DNA of 62,298 nucleotides, counting the filler, from Globobulimina sp. (taxonomy: Eukaryota), in the NCBI GenBank assembly GCA_003354225.1. It is 28 parts of 28 records of this genome, joined end to end, with 100 filler letters (N's around TTAATTAATTAA, not from the genome) between each part and the next. Parts side by side here need not be neighbours in the genome. Positions count along the whole stretch, not along the records: positions 1 to 2,130 come from PIVH01008762.1; positions 2,231 to 4,360 come from PIVH01008763.1; positions 4,461 to 6,590 come from PIVH01008764.1; positions 6,691 to 8,820 come from PIVH01008765.1; positions 8,921 to 11,050 come from PIVH01008766.1; 23 more parts are not named here. The stretch is one strand, 5' to 3'. The notes beneath the pieces were generated by a model. It did not search any database. It saw only the letters and a list, made by a program, of their open reading frames with translations, and was not told where the DNA came from. Shown here piece by piece: positions 1 through 11,150 of this stretch; position 1 is the stretch's first letter; every line of letters begins with the position of its first letter. The position numbers and the translations under genes are program-made.

Positions 1-24
1 TAAAATGAAGTGATTGAGTTGTAT

Positions 25-60
25 TTCATATAGATGTGGGTTTAAGTCCTACCTAAGCCA
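25..60 (+). repeat. Degenerate tRNA 3'-half-like repeat (copy 1)
   Basis: TTCATATAGATGTGGGTTTAAGTCCTACCTAAGCCA has a T-arm-like stem-loop and a CCA-like end. It closely resembles the copies at 23986-24142. Confidence 0.6.
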
Positions 61-86
61 AATAAACATATACCAATTATGAATAT

Positions 87-173
87 GCGCGGATGATCCT
101 CACTGGTGTGGTGTGCAGACTTCAAATCTGTAGGTGTATAACAACACAGTGGTTCGATTCCACCTTCTGCGCG
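87..173 (+). tRNA. tRNA-Sec (anticodon UCA), eukaryotic 9/4 type
   Basis: 87 nt from GCGCGGATG to TTCTGCGCG. Long acceptor stem, 6-bp D stem CCTCAC/GTGGTG around TGGT, anticodon arm TGCAGA-CTTCAAA-TCTGTA (TCA at 122-124), long variable arm GTGT/ACAC, 4-bp T stem GTGG-TTCGATT-CCAC, discriminator G. Collinear with the vertebrate tRNA-Sec sequence. Confidence 0.95.
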
Positions 174-1191
174 GCGTTTATTCTTATTTTTATTTTTTAT
201 ATTCCCAAATTTAGATTAGATTAACCACTCAAAAAAACTTTCAAAATAAAAAACAACAAAAACTTTAAAACTAATCCTTCCTCACAACTCAACTAATTAA
301 ACTGTGGTTTATAATTTTATCCATATAAATATTAATAAATTGCTGTATAGAGTCGCAGCGTACATTTAATTTGTTTTTGGTGAAATAGCGATCGAAATTA
401 TTGGATTTGAATTAAGGCATCGAGATCGATCAAGGTCCAAGTAATCAAATTATATTAGTTAAGAAATGATTATGCAGCAAATTATACATTGAAAATAATT
501 GTAAATACACAGAAACCTTCCTAACTGTCTTTGATACATTGGTTTGACGACACTCGCTCAGCATTCGATGATAGTAAAGCGTATTAAACATAACTGAGAT
601 ATATATAGAATTTGTTTATTTAGCAAATTGATATCATATATTTATGCTTAAATGAGCTGCCCATGCTATTTGGTGCTTTGCTTTACCATTAAAATGGGAT
701 ATGGACATTTTGTTCATTAACACATTTCTTTCTAATAACTATCATTCATTCATTCTTTCTCTTTTAATTTACAGTGTATCTGAGTCTAATATTTTGTTGC
801 AGAGTGCACAGAATTTCAATGAGGGCTTGAGCTTTGTCGCTCGCCTACATTGAAATTTTGGTATTGCCCGCTCTTTAACAATGTTTATTTTACAGTATAA
901 TATGTTTGTTTTTTATATGTATTTGATATATTCTATTTATGTGTTTTGTTGTAATTATTCGATCGATATTAATTGTTATATATTTTGCTTCAAGTTGTGA
1001 TATTTTTGTTCATCCTCGCACAAGTTTAAAAGGGGGCTGTACGGTTGGAAAAAATTCATAATTCCACGATACAGTATACAAATTTTAATCGCAGGAACAG
1101 CGCGCATCGTCAACAGAATGAATTAAAATTGATTAATCAAAAAAAAAAAACAACATAAAATTACAAAGGAAAGAAAAGCGAACGTGATGGA

Positions 1192-2130
1192 TTATACATT
1201 ATAATGCATTTTTTTGCTTAAATATGAGTCTAATTCATAACAGTCATATTCATCTCGGAATGGAACTTGTTGTTTCATTCCAGGTTTGGCGAAACAATGC
1301 TTCATCCAATCCAATTGTATCAATTGTCTTAAAAAAGATTGATTTCGCAACGTATTTGGTTTATTTTTCAGCAAAGCCTTAAAGGCTTGTTTTAAACGAA
1401 TGCCGCTATGGATCATAAACGCTAAAACTAATGTGCCCGATCGATCGAAGGAAGAGGCAAATATTCGGTTCAATGCTTCATTTCTTGTGTTCAATTCTTC
1501 AAAATCAGTCCAAAACACTGAATCCGACAAATGCCAATATTTATATTCATATCTTTGTTTCGTTAATGTCCGATCATATTTGCCTTTGTTGATAATTTCA
1601 GTTTTTATTTTATTAACATTTAATTTGTGCTCATTTTCATTTTCTGCCTCTGCGCACTTATCAATATATTCTTGATAGACTGCAATCTGTTTATTCCATA
1701 TCTCATTTTCAATGTTGATCTGCTGTCTCGCATTGGACTCTGTCAGCACACAAATTGAGTTACCGACCGATACATATTCCTGGCCATTGCCATCTTTTTC
1801 ATCCATCATCTCTCGATTCAGGCGCTCCACAGAAATATTGTTCTTTGTACAAAATATCAAACACGAAATCTTCTCTTTGTCGTTGGCATTCGTGTTATAA
1901 TTCTGATTCCACTGTTTCTTGATTGAAATGTTTTTCATTCGACACTCTTCAATGAAGTTCCAGATATCATTCATATGCAAATCCAATAAACGATATCCTT
2001 CCCAATTATGTGCGTAAATGTTTAAGAACTTAAAAGGACACAATTTGTTTATGATCTCCTCATCGGACATAGTCAAATACTCATCATATACATCGGAATC
2101 ATATTGATATTCATCCGACGATATACACGA
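1192..2130 (-). CDS. Dual-specificity phosphatase-fold protein with disrupted active site (5' partial)
   Basis: Frame is open to the contig edge. DSP-like blocks: FLNIYAHNWEGYRLL..NFIEEC, CLIFC, DRSGTLVLAFMI and LRNQSFLRQL. No intact HCX5R motif. Confidence 0.65.
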   Translation of the reverse strand, partial: SCISSDEYQYDSDVYDEYLTMSDEEIINKLCPFKFLNIYAHNWEGYRLLDLHMNDIWNFIEECRMKNISIKKQWNQNYNTNANDKEKISCLIFCTKNNISVERLNREMMDEKDGNGQEYVSVGNSICVLTESNARQQINIENEIWNKQIAVYQEYIDKCAEAENENEHKLNVNKIKTEIINKGKYDRTLTKQRYEYKYWHLSDSVFWTDFEELNTRNEALNRIFASSFDRSGTLVLAFMIHSGIRLKQAFKALLKNKPNTLRNQSFLRQLIQLDWMKHCFAKPGMKQQVPFRDEYDCYELDSYLSKKMHYNV

Positions 2131-2230
2131 NNNNNNNNNNNNNNNNNNNNNNNNNNNNNNNNNNNNNNNNNNNNTTAATTAATTAANNNNNNNNNNNNNN
2201 NNNNNNNNNNNNNNNNNNNNNNNNNNNNNN
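2131..2230. other. Artificial contig linker (N run-TTAATTAATTAA-N run); first of 27 such linkers
   Basis: The same six-frame-stop spacer recurs about every 2.23 kb through to 60072-60171. Contig lengths fall from 2130 to about 2127 bp, as in a length-sorted assembly. Confidence 0.99.
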
Positions 2231-2279
2231 GTGGTTTTTTTGGTAGAATTTAAGATTTAATGATTTTTTTAATGATTTT

Positions 2280-3357
2280 TCAACATTTAAAAAATGTACA
2301 ATGATTATTGCCATATTTCAACAATGATATCATTAACGGCTTGTCTGCAACGTTATTGAAGGGTTGTTGTTTGGGCTTGGTATGAGATTTTACTTTCCAC
2401 AAAATGCTTTCACTCTTTTTCAGGTATTTTTGTGTGTTTATGAATAGGTTGGAATGCGCTAATTTGTTTATTCTTCGTGGAGTGGTGATTAGTGGGACAA
2501 AATTATATAAGGAATCAGTGAATATGATTTGTCTTCTGTTATTTTTGTCTATTTTACAGTGATTTATTAGGAAATCAGATTTATGGATTGCAAATAATTC
2601 ACCAAAGTGATTGGTCTGTGCACCTAAAAGCTGCGCAAAGCAGTGAATGGTATTATGGTCCAATATGAATATGCCAATGCCAGTGGTATTGGTTAGTGGA
2701 TCATGTGATGAATCAGTGGCTATTATGAGATCATTGGGTTTCAATCTATCTTTGGACGCATTCCATTCAGCAATGTTCCTATTACGAGTATGATATAATG
2801 GCATCATGCTAGCCATCGTCGTGTGTTTGTGTCGCATTCGAATCAAATTCATTTTATTATGGTGTAGAAGGAATACATTGTGTATCCATCGATGGGTTTG
2901 TGATATTAGGTTTCTATACAAAGTGTATTTATTTACATTTATGTTTATCTGGGAGTGTTTGTATAGGAATTGGTTGGTATCTGTGTCATATACATTGGCA
3001 CCACAAAGAATTCGCCAAAATTGGGATCTGTTTACATTGACATTACGACACAATTCAATCAGCCGCTGCATGTATAACTGGTTATGGATTCGGTTTATGG
3101 CAGAACAGTTTTTAGCAAATGAGAAACTGGCATGAAACCAATATTCTTGTCTTAGACTACTTTCCCTGTAGATTGATTTGGAAGGATTGGTTTTGAGATT
3201 GGTCAATTAATTTAGGTTTATATGTTCTTGCATAGTTTGCTGCGATGTATGTCAGTTTGGGGCTATCTTTGTTATGGATCGCAACCCACACTGTATTGTG
3301 CCCTCTCGTCTTTTTTATCAATTTAATTTTGTTTACCAAGTTAGATTTATGGTACAC
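2280..3357 (-). mobile_element. Degenerate retroelement fragment with an RNase H domain (non-LTR type likely)
   Basis: ORF 2280-3206 has RNase HI motifs IATDSS, GIGIF, TNHFGELFAI, IFTDS, KVKSH and NNVAD. The upstream frame is broken (3157-3357) and the domain ends abruptly after VADK. Confidence 0.7.
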
Positions 3358-3600
3358 GTCTGGGCTTGTTTGCAGTGACCGGGGATGTATGGACTATCAA
3401 TTTATATCCCGGTAGGTCCCAGTTTGGTCGATGTACGCGTCTGGTGTCAATCAGGAGGATTATGTCCAATTTATAACATCCATTATGTCCAATTTATAAC
3501 AGTTGTTGCATGTATGGATGTTATAAATTGGATTATTTATATTGCATATTAATATTTATTTAAAAGCACATATTACAAAAAAGAAAATAAAATAATAAAT

Positions 3601-4360
3601 TTAAAATGTTGGAATATATGGTTCCATTAAAATACCACATTCACCCGAACTACCATTTTTATTGCAATTTCTGCAAATTAAAATATATCCATGGTCTCCC
3701 CATGATGCACCCCACGAATTTTTAACTTTCCAATATTGTTGACTTCCACTGGTACCATAACCAACTACTAACACACCATGATCGATGCGGGTGCCACAGG
3801 TACCGGTTAACACTCCACCCGAATAATGCTGAAATGCGGTCTGATCTGCTTCAATACCAATGGAGACACAGCCAGCTGCGGTCGCGGTCACTAATGCGGT
3901 CTCACTTCTAGCGGTTACGGCGGCTATACCAGTATTATGATCATATTTGGTACCGCATGATGAGGATTTACATTGACCATTTCTCGCAGTATAAGAATAC
4001 GCAGATTCACTACATAATCCGCCAGCAGCTGCAGCATATCTCATGGCTCCGGTCATCTGTCCACCATTACAACCGGCACAGCCGTACGAAGAACCTGCAC
4101 AATCTACCAATTGCTGCTCGGACAACGAGTTTAATTTTCCATTTTTAATGGCATACTGACACTCAATGGCTCCCGTTGCACTAAATGCCCAGCATGAACC
4201 ACATTGTCCTTGATTTTTAACGGGTGTTACGACACCTTTGGTAGTCCAATCTACGGAGTCTGGAGCTGGGACAGCCTCTTCATCCATGGTCTCACCAACA
4301 ACGAACATTGGCGCATCATTACGGAAACATGAACCTGCATCGCCGTGTACATAATGTCTA
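3601..4360 (-). CDS. Papain-family (C1A) cathepsin L-like cysteine protease (5' partial)
   Basis: VDW..KGVVTPVKNQGQCGSCWAFS, LSEQQLVDC, DHGVLVVGYG and YWKVKNSWG give a complete Cys-His-Asn triad. Confidence 0.95.
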
Positions 4361-4460
4361 NNNNNNNNNNNNNNNNNNNNNNNNNNNNNNNNNNNNNNNN
4401 NNNNTTAATTAATTAANNNNNNNNNNNNNNNNNNNNNNNNNNNNNNNNNNNNNNNNNNNN

Positions 4461-6338
4461 TGGCGTTAAACCGCTCCGATAAACGCCTCATTCCACTCTG
4501 GTTCCGGCTATGTTCACCGCTCACCACTTCCAACTGTATACCACCGTCACTCCCTACATCTGCCCCCGCAGCGCCATCAAACATCACATCCACCTCATCG
4601 CTGCTATTAATCTCCGGCAACGGCGAGTGTTCCTCCTCCGCCATAACCTGCTCATTGCAGTCAGTCAGCCGAATATTCATCGAATCGTTGGAATTATTGC
4701 CGCTCACTCCGCTGCCCGTTAACTGTCCGGGCAAATTGGGGAAATTCAATGAGTCCGTATGCGAGTTATTGTTCCTCCTCTTCTTAGCCCTCAACTCTTT
4801 CGAAATCGATATATTGTGCTTCTTCAACGTGGTGGCCAGCCCAGGAATCAATCCATTTTGCGTTTTCTCCACAATCTGTTCGATCTCAAAGTACTTTTTC
4901 AACGACTTCCGCATCTTTCCGCTGATATTCACCTCGTCGGTGCTGCTCACGCGAATGAACCGGTTGTATATATTGAGTGACTCACTATAAATGGCATGCA
5001 ACAGCTCTTGTTTCTCGCTTTCGCGCATATTGCCCGCCGCCGCCGCCGGCTGCTTATGTTTGCGGTGACGGTCATGACCGTGGCCGTGGCCGTGCTGCGC
5101 TGCGTTCATAATTTGGTGCGGGAGCTCCAGATTCCAACCATACAAAGCCTCATATTCCTGCAGGTCGTGATACGACTCATGTTCCTGATCGTAGATGTCC
5201 TCATCGCCATCGCTGTACTCGTCCTCCTCGATGATGCCGCTGCGCGTCTTGCGGTCCTCCAACTCCTTCTGCACTAAAAACGCATAGAAGCGTTTGAATT
5301 GGATCACGTACGAGAGATAGATCAGGTTTTCGACGCATAAGTCTTTGATTAAGTGCCGGATGAACAGCTTGAAGCCGTCGACATTTTTTAAGATCTGGCG
5401 GAGGTCCAATTTTTTTTGGGGCAATCGGTCAAAATACTCGTCGGTCGAAGCGGCGTACACCTTTTTTTTCTGCGGCAACGACATTAATGATAAAAGCACC
5501 GGGATGGCGGCGGAGATTACGAAGGTGAGGATGGTGATTATTATCGGACGCAAATGGAACACGTTGACAATGATGAGGCTGTATAAAATGGCGCAAATTA
5601 ATAGCATTATGCCTGCGGATTACAGTATATACAAAGTATGAGTTTTCAGATTAGAGTATATGTAAACATCTAAACACCTGCATAACATATTTCTTTTTTC
5701 ATTTTGACCGATTTGTTGATGCTGGAGATCTTAAACGAGATAATGAGGAATGTGACGGATAAAATGGTGCCGTAAGTGGCGATGCCAATGGACCATAAGA
5801 TGGTGGAATGCAAATAGTGCAATAAGAGTAAGCCGAGGAAGACTAAAATGAATAAAAACAATACGACACACATCATAAAGCGCACGTGGCCCAAATTGGC
5901 GCGGTGGTCGATGAACCATCTGCTTTGCGCTATGGCTGCGACGTTCAACTCGCGTTCCCATAATATGTTTACCTGCGCCTCGCGATAGCCCAAATCGTAA
6001 AATATTAACCAATGGCGAAGTAAATAGGAATGAATGTATGAGCCGAATATCAAGACATAGATTGTATTGCGGATTAGATCACTATTATAGAGGGGTAACA
6101 GTCGTAAATCAGAGGATAAGGCGACTACCCTTTCTATTATACACAAACATGATAAAATGCAATTGAAGCATAAGAGCGATGGATGTCGTGAACGAATGAA
6201 AGATTGTTGTCGATATTTATATGTTTTGCAAAAGCGATATAGCATTATTGGCAAACATAGACCGATGGCGATGAATGAACATATTAGAAATGCTATTGAC
6301 TCTACAGAGACCATTGATTGTCTGAGAGTGTGCAACAT
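4461..6338 (-). CDS. 7TM-RGS protein (2 exons, intron 5613-5677, 3' partial)
   Basis: The hydrophobic multi-TM exon (FIRSRHP, LRHWLIFYD) joins in frame through a GT-AG intron (YAG|IMLL) to further TM helices and an RGS domain (ILKNVDGFKLFIRHLIKDLCVENLIY; IYNRFI..DEVNIS). Confidence 0.85.
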
Positions 6339-6372
6339 TTCTGTGCGAAAAAAAAACTTTCTAAATTAGAAA

Positions 6373-6590
6373 ATGGCGGAACAAGAAACAAAAGAATCAG
6401 ACGTTGATTTCAATGGTCTGCGTGTAACTATTGATGAAACATCACCATACAATGGAGCTGTTCGGTATCCATCTGCATGTCCAATAGATTCCGGATCGAT
6501 TTTAATATTTGGTGGATATGATAATATGAATACGTTTGGGAATAAAGAATCATCAAAAGTATGGTTTTACAATGCATCGATAAACCAATA
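6373..6590 (+). CDS. Kelch-repeat protein, N-terminal fragment
   Basis: ILIFGGYD...VWFYN kelch signature; cut by the contig end. Confidence 0.65.
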
Positions 6591-6713
6591 NNNNNNNNNN
6601 NNNNNNNNNNNNNNNNNNNNNNNNNNNNNNNNNNTTAATTAATTAANNNNNNNNNNNNNNNNNNNNNNNNNNNNNNNNNNNNNNNNNNNNAAACAAGACA
6701 ATAAAAATATAAA

Positions 6714-8462
6714 TTAAACTAATAGTACACACCAAAATGTTATTCGATATTCTGATTCAATATTTTCTTCACTCGGAAATGTATTCACATAATCTATTTT
6801 TTTTAAGAATACCATGGATAAATAATTATCATTTGCAAATAATTCAGCTATAGCTGCGGTGTCCGTTGCTTTATGCCGCAATAATGTCAAAATGCAGTCC
6901 AACTCAGCAACAGGAACTCTAGGCACTTCATCCAGTGTTGATAACAATTTCCAATATCCACGACATTCCGAGTACAGTTTCAACCTTTTCTTGATCCACA
7001 GTGCCCACTCGTATTCAAATGAGACATCCATACATTTTATTAACAAACTCAAATATTTGTTTCCTGACATATTTCTTTGTTCAAATTCAAAATAATTCAT
7101 AAATGTATCTGGATCTGTACATGTATGGACATTGTCTGTGAGATAACGACCGCTGTAAAATTTTAACAGTTCCAAAATAATATCATTTGGAATAAAACAA
7201 CCAACTTTCAATTGAGCATCCATGTGATTTCGAACATAGCCATAAACAATTTGAGTCGAATACAAATCAGAATGGCTTGCCGGGCGAATATAAAATGTCC
7301 ACTTAGTTCTACCATCTCCTCCAATTACAGGAAGGCGATGCAACACAGCAATATAATATCGGTTAATGACACCATAATGTTGATGATGTAAATATTGCAA
7401 CAGCTTGTTTTTCAAATCTAATGGACGCACTCTCAAACCACTCATCCACTCATCATCGACTTGATGGTTGTTTCTGTTCTGAATTTTTAGTGGTTGACAA
7501 ACATAATTGAATGCTCCTGACATTAAACATTCATCGCCAAGAGACTCATGTATTGTTTTTAAATCAGTACAACAGAAATATGATGAGACAATGGATAAAA
7601 TATAACGATCTGTTTCTGATAACATCTGTTGATATAATCCTTTATTTTGCATCTGATACACTAATGACAATGAGATAAAATCAGCAACTGTTTGTTGAGA
7701 AATATGGCTATTCTCAATTGTATCCATCAAACTGTTTGAACATATTCTCAATTGATTCCAACATATTTTAAATAAATCGTTCCAAATCCAATCATTTCCG
7801 TTTGCATCCATTTCAAATAAAATACAACATAAACTGAATAATGGTCCTGATTCACATCTATATTTATTCCATTCCATCATTTTATCTCTTGGTTGAATAT
7901 TGCTCAAATGATTCAAATATTTACCAAAAATATTCATATCGATATCATTGTTTTCATAAAAAACACGAACTGTTTGATAATCACGAAGGTGTATCTGTAT
8001 TGGCATTGTACCAAACAGGTTATCAATATATAACGTGTATGTGGCTGGTAAAACAGTTAAATTGACTTCAAAATCCCAGTCGTTTTCATTTATTTCATGA
8101 CTATTAACACATTCTATTTGTATATGAGATGGATTCATTGTTTCGAATCGACCTTCTAACAACATTTTTGCTGCATGTTTTGTGTGTTGCTTTCGTGACA
8201 ATGACATATATTTAGTTAATGTTATGGTATCTTGTTTTGTTTCAAATTTAAATGCAAATTGATTCCTGCACTTGTTGTATTCAATGAAACCATCACAATC
8301 AAATGCTCTGAATAGTGAATACAGTGCAAATATAAGATTGCAAATATGACTGCCAGTGATTAGATAAAAATAATAACCTGAAAAGCACATTGACTGTTGA
8401 CTCGAGAAACGATTTACTTTTGTGTTGAAGCCAAATATTATCAATAAATGATGAATATTCAT
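6714..8462 (-). CDS. Hypothetical protein with a GYVR..IPxDII motif
   Basis: 582-codon ORF; true start probably downstream of the first ATG; no known domain recognised. Confidence 0.6.
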   Translation of the reverse strand: MNIHHLLIIFGFNTKVNRFSSQQSMCFSGYYFYLITGSHICNLIFALYSLFRAFDCDGFIEYNKCRNQFAFKFETKQDTITLTKYMSLSRKQHTKHAAKMLLEGRFETMNPSHIQIECVNSHEINENDWDFEVNLTVLPATYTLYIDNLFGTMPIQIHLRDYQTVRVFYENNDIDMNIFGKYLNHLSNIQPRDKMMEWNKYRCESGPLFSLCCILFEMDANGNDWIWNDLFKICWNQLRICSNSLMDTIENSHISQQTVADFISLSLVYQMQNKGLYQQMLSETDRYILSIVSSYFCCTDLKTIHESLGDECLMSGAFNYVCQPLKIQNRNNHQVDDEWMSGLRVRPLDLKNKLLQYLHHQHYGVINRYYIAVLHRLPVIGGDGRTKWTFYIRPASHSDLYSTQIVYGYVRNHMDAQLKVGCFIPNDIILELLKFYSGRYLTDNVHTCTDPDTFMNYFEFEQRNMSGNKYLSLLIKCMDVSFEYEWALWIKKRLKLYSECRGYWKLLSTLDEVPRVPVAELDCILTLLRHKATDTAAIAELFANDNYLSMVFLKKIDYVNTFPSEENIESEYRITFWCVLLV

Positions 8463-8920
8463 TGTTAGTTGATATATATTTCAATTGCAAAATGAATACT
8501 ATTTCCTCATCAATTCTCTTTTGTAATTCGTATGTCTCAACGTTGATAAGATATGAATTTGATACATTGAGGATTTCTTTCTGTAAACTGTGAATGTAAA
8601 CATCTCGAGTACCATCAGAATAAAAATGTAATCAATATCAACATACGGTATTTTGGTGGCTTTGTCAGACACGCTAATCTCTCTGAACATTGTTAGATTA
8701 AAAACAGCTTAAAATTATGGCCTAGTCGAATTATTTTAACATATTTTTCCTCACTAAACGCCTTGTAGTGTAAGATTCTTCAAAACTTAAAGAAATCAAT
8801 TCTCTTTAGAACCCACCCCCNNNNNNNNNNNNNNNNNNNNNNNNNNNNNNNNNNNNNNNNNNNNTTAATTAATTAANNNNNNNNNNNNNNNNNNNNNNNN
8901 NNNNNNNNNNNNNNNNNNNN

Positions 8921-9106
8921 TATGATGTGCACGATACAGACAACAATAAACCGATAATTCCCGAAACTGGAATGGTTGCATGTTTCCAACACGACATTTG
9001 GCATTCTGGCGAGGAGGTAATTAAAGGCACAAAATATATTATTCGCACGGATGTAATGTATGAAGCAAATCAAACAGAAACAAAAAAAGAAAAAGAGAAT
9101 GAATGA
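8921..9106 (+). CDS. 2OG-Fe(II) oxygenase / prolyl-hydroxylase-like, C-terminal fragment (not in ORF track)
   Basis: Translation from 8921 gives ..PETGMVACFQHDIWHSGEEVIKGTKYIIRTDVMYE..stop, with the distal His and the KY..RTD motif. Confidence 0.8.
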   Translation, partial: YDVHDTDNNKPIIPETGMVACFQHDIWHSGEEVIKGTKYIIRTDVMYEANQTETKKEKENE

Positions 9107-10090
9107 AACCTAAAACCTACAAAATGTTGTGTCTACAGTGCGGATTAAACAAAACAATTTTATTTTCAAAATGCAATTTAATTTTATTTTTTATATCAAT
9201 TGTAAACATAAAAAGAACAAAACAAGAACTATGGTACAAACACCATTCTTTAGTCCGAACACGTACAACACCCAAATTAATTTGGCGTAGATTGTACATT
9301 TATATATACTTTCTGTAGCAATAAAAAATGTATTGTTGGTTTAATATAATTGCTATTACTACATATCACTTTTATTATTTGTGGCAGTACAACAAGGTAT
9401 ATATGATCATTAATGTTTAATGTACATGTTTGTATTATTTGTTTTCTTTTTTTTTATCGTCTGTTATTAGTATACCTATAAATTAAATTAAAAAATGCGT
9501 TTTTATGACATCTGTTTTTGAATAAACCCAGTTATTTTTATATCCGGTACTTACGTTCGACAGCTTGTAATCTTTTAAGATCCAAAACCCACAAACTTTT
9601 TACTTTTAATCTTCCTTACATGAAAATGTGAAGATGTTGCAAGTGAGTCGGAGTTTTATTGATACTGCACAACGATCTTTTTTTTATTATTTTTCTTTAT
9701 CAATCTCTGTCTCCTTAGTTCCTTTCGTCTGAGCTTTCTTTGCATTTCCTTTTCCTTTTTCTCTTTTTGCGTCATATAATAATTAACCATTTACCGACCA
9801 ATGACAGTGATGAGTCATCATTAATTCTCGTGTTTGCAATACCATTCGTCGTCGAAAACGATGTCGTTTCGTGTATAATACCTTCGTGTAATGGATTATA
9901 AGTTGGTTCGCGAGCATTTATTTCTCTCTCTGTTGGTAAATATGTTGGCTCCTTTTTTTTTATATTAATGCATTATGTTATAAACTTGTCACAAAATACA
10001 ATATGACGCACACTAAACTGTACTTGGCTCACTCGTCGGATTCTGTTTTTTATTATATTTGCAAATCTGAAGAGTAGACTGAAATTCATA

Positions 10091-10966
10091 TTAAAATTTA
10101 ATCCACTTAACTAATGACGGTGATGTTGTTGGATTATCGGTAGGTGACAGAGTTGGATTATGTGTTGGTGGTATTGTTGGATTGGCAGAAGGATGGAATG
10201 ATGGCCTTTGTGTTGGAGTTATTGTTGGATATATTGTAGGTGTCACAGTAGAAATGGTTGGGTTGTTTGTTGGGAAAGCTGTTGAAAGCAAAGTAGGGGT
10301 ATTTGTAGGTTGAGGAGTGATTGGATTCCATGTTTTAATGATGATATCGGACAATGTAATATTTGCAGCAGGTACATGCTTTGTACTCATCCATATGCTC
10401 ATCAATGTAAATAATACGGTCTCTTTTGTAGGTGTCGGTCTTGCATTGTTTATAAAAACATGTGTTTGTGTGCCGTTATATATCGATGCATACTGCCACG
10501 TTTGATTGAATTTGATAATAATGTGATATTGCTGGTGTTTCTGGATTGTAATCCATGGACTGTTGTTATCCCAACACGTCCCAGAATGGGATATGGTAAT
10601 TTGGAATGAATCGACTATTTCCGGATGTATCCACATTGCGGGATATCTTGTGCCGGCACCAGTGCATATGTTAGAACCTGGGTAGCCAATTCTGAACACG
10701 TTTTCGAATGCGTTTGCGGATGTTTTGCCATAATATATAAAGTTGAATTGCATTTCTAATGCATGATGCAAAGTTATATTGCCATATGAAGTGTTTCTTG
10801 ATGGGATGAAATTAGATAAAGATTGCCAATGTGTATTGTTGGATATGTACGTATTTTGACTGATGACATATTCAAATTCAGACATTAGTATTGGTAAAAC
10901 GTAAAATAGAGAAAGCATTGGGTAAAAGGAAAAAAAAAAGCTGAGTGAAAATTGTAGAAAGAACAT
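10091..10966 (-). CDS. Secreted or surface protein with PT/PS mucin-like repeats (probably continues in small exons toward about 9550)
   Basis: Hydrophobic N-terminus, a beta-rich region, then many PTxx tetrapeptides. Further PT-coding stretches with splice-like ends lie at about 10025-10045 and 9795-9953. Confidence 0.65.
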   Translation of the reverse strand: MFFLQFSLSFFFSFYPMLSLFYVLPILMSEFEYVISQNTYISNNTHWQSLSNFIPSRNTSYGNITLHHALEMQFNFIYYGKTSANAFENVFRIGYPGSNICTGAGTRYPAMWIHPEIVDSFQITISHSGTCWDNNSPWITIQKHQQYHIIIKFNQTWQYASIYNGTQTHVFINNARPTPTKETVLFTLMSIWMSTKHVPAANITLSDIIIKTWNPITPQPTNTPTLLSTAFPTNNPTISTVTPTIYPTITPTQRPSFHPSANPTIPPTHNPTLSPTDNPTTSPSLVKWIKF

Positions 10967-11150
10967 GGTTTCTTGTTATCCGCATTCTTTGCTTTAACGT
11001 ATTCTTACTCTGTATTTCTTCTATCTTTTCCTTTTCTAAATGTTTTTGTTNNNNNNNNNNNNNNNNNNNNNNNNNNNNNNNNNNNNNNNNNNNNTTAATT
11101 AATTAANNNNNNNNNNNNNNNNNNNNNNNNNNNNNNNNNNNNNNNNNNNN

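Noticed and set aside
1441..1851. Intein within the phosphatase
   Set aside because: It starts at a Cys but has no terminal His-Asn followed by Cys/Ser/Thr, and no recognisable splicing blocks.
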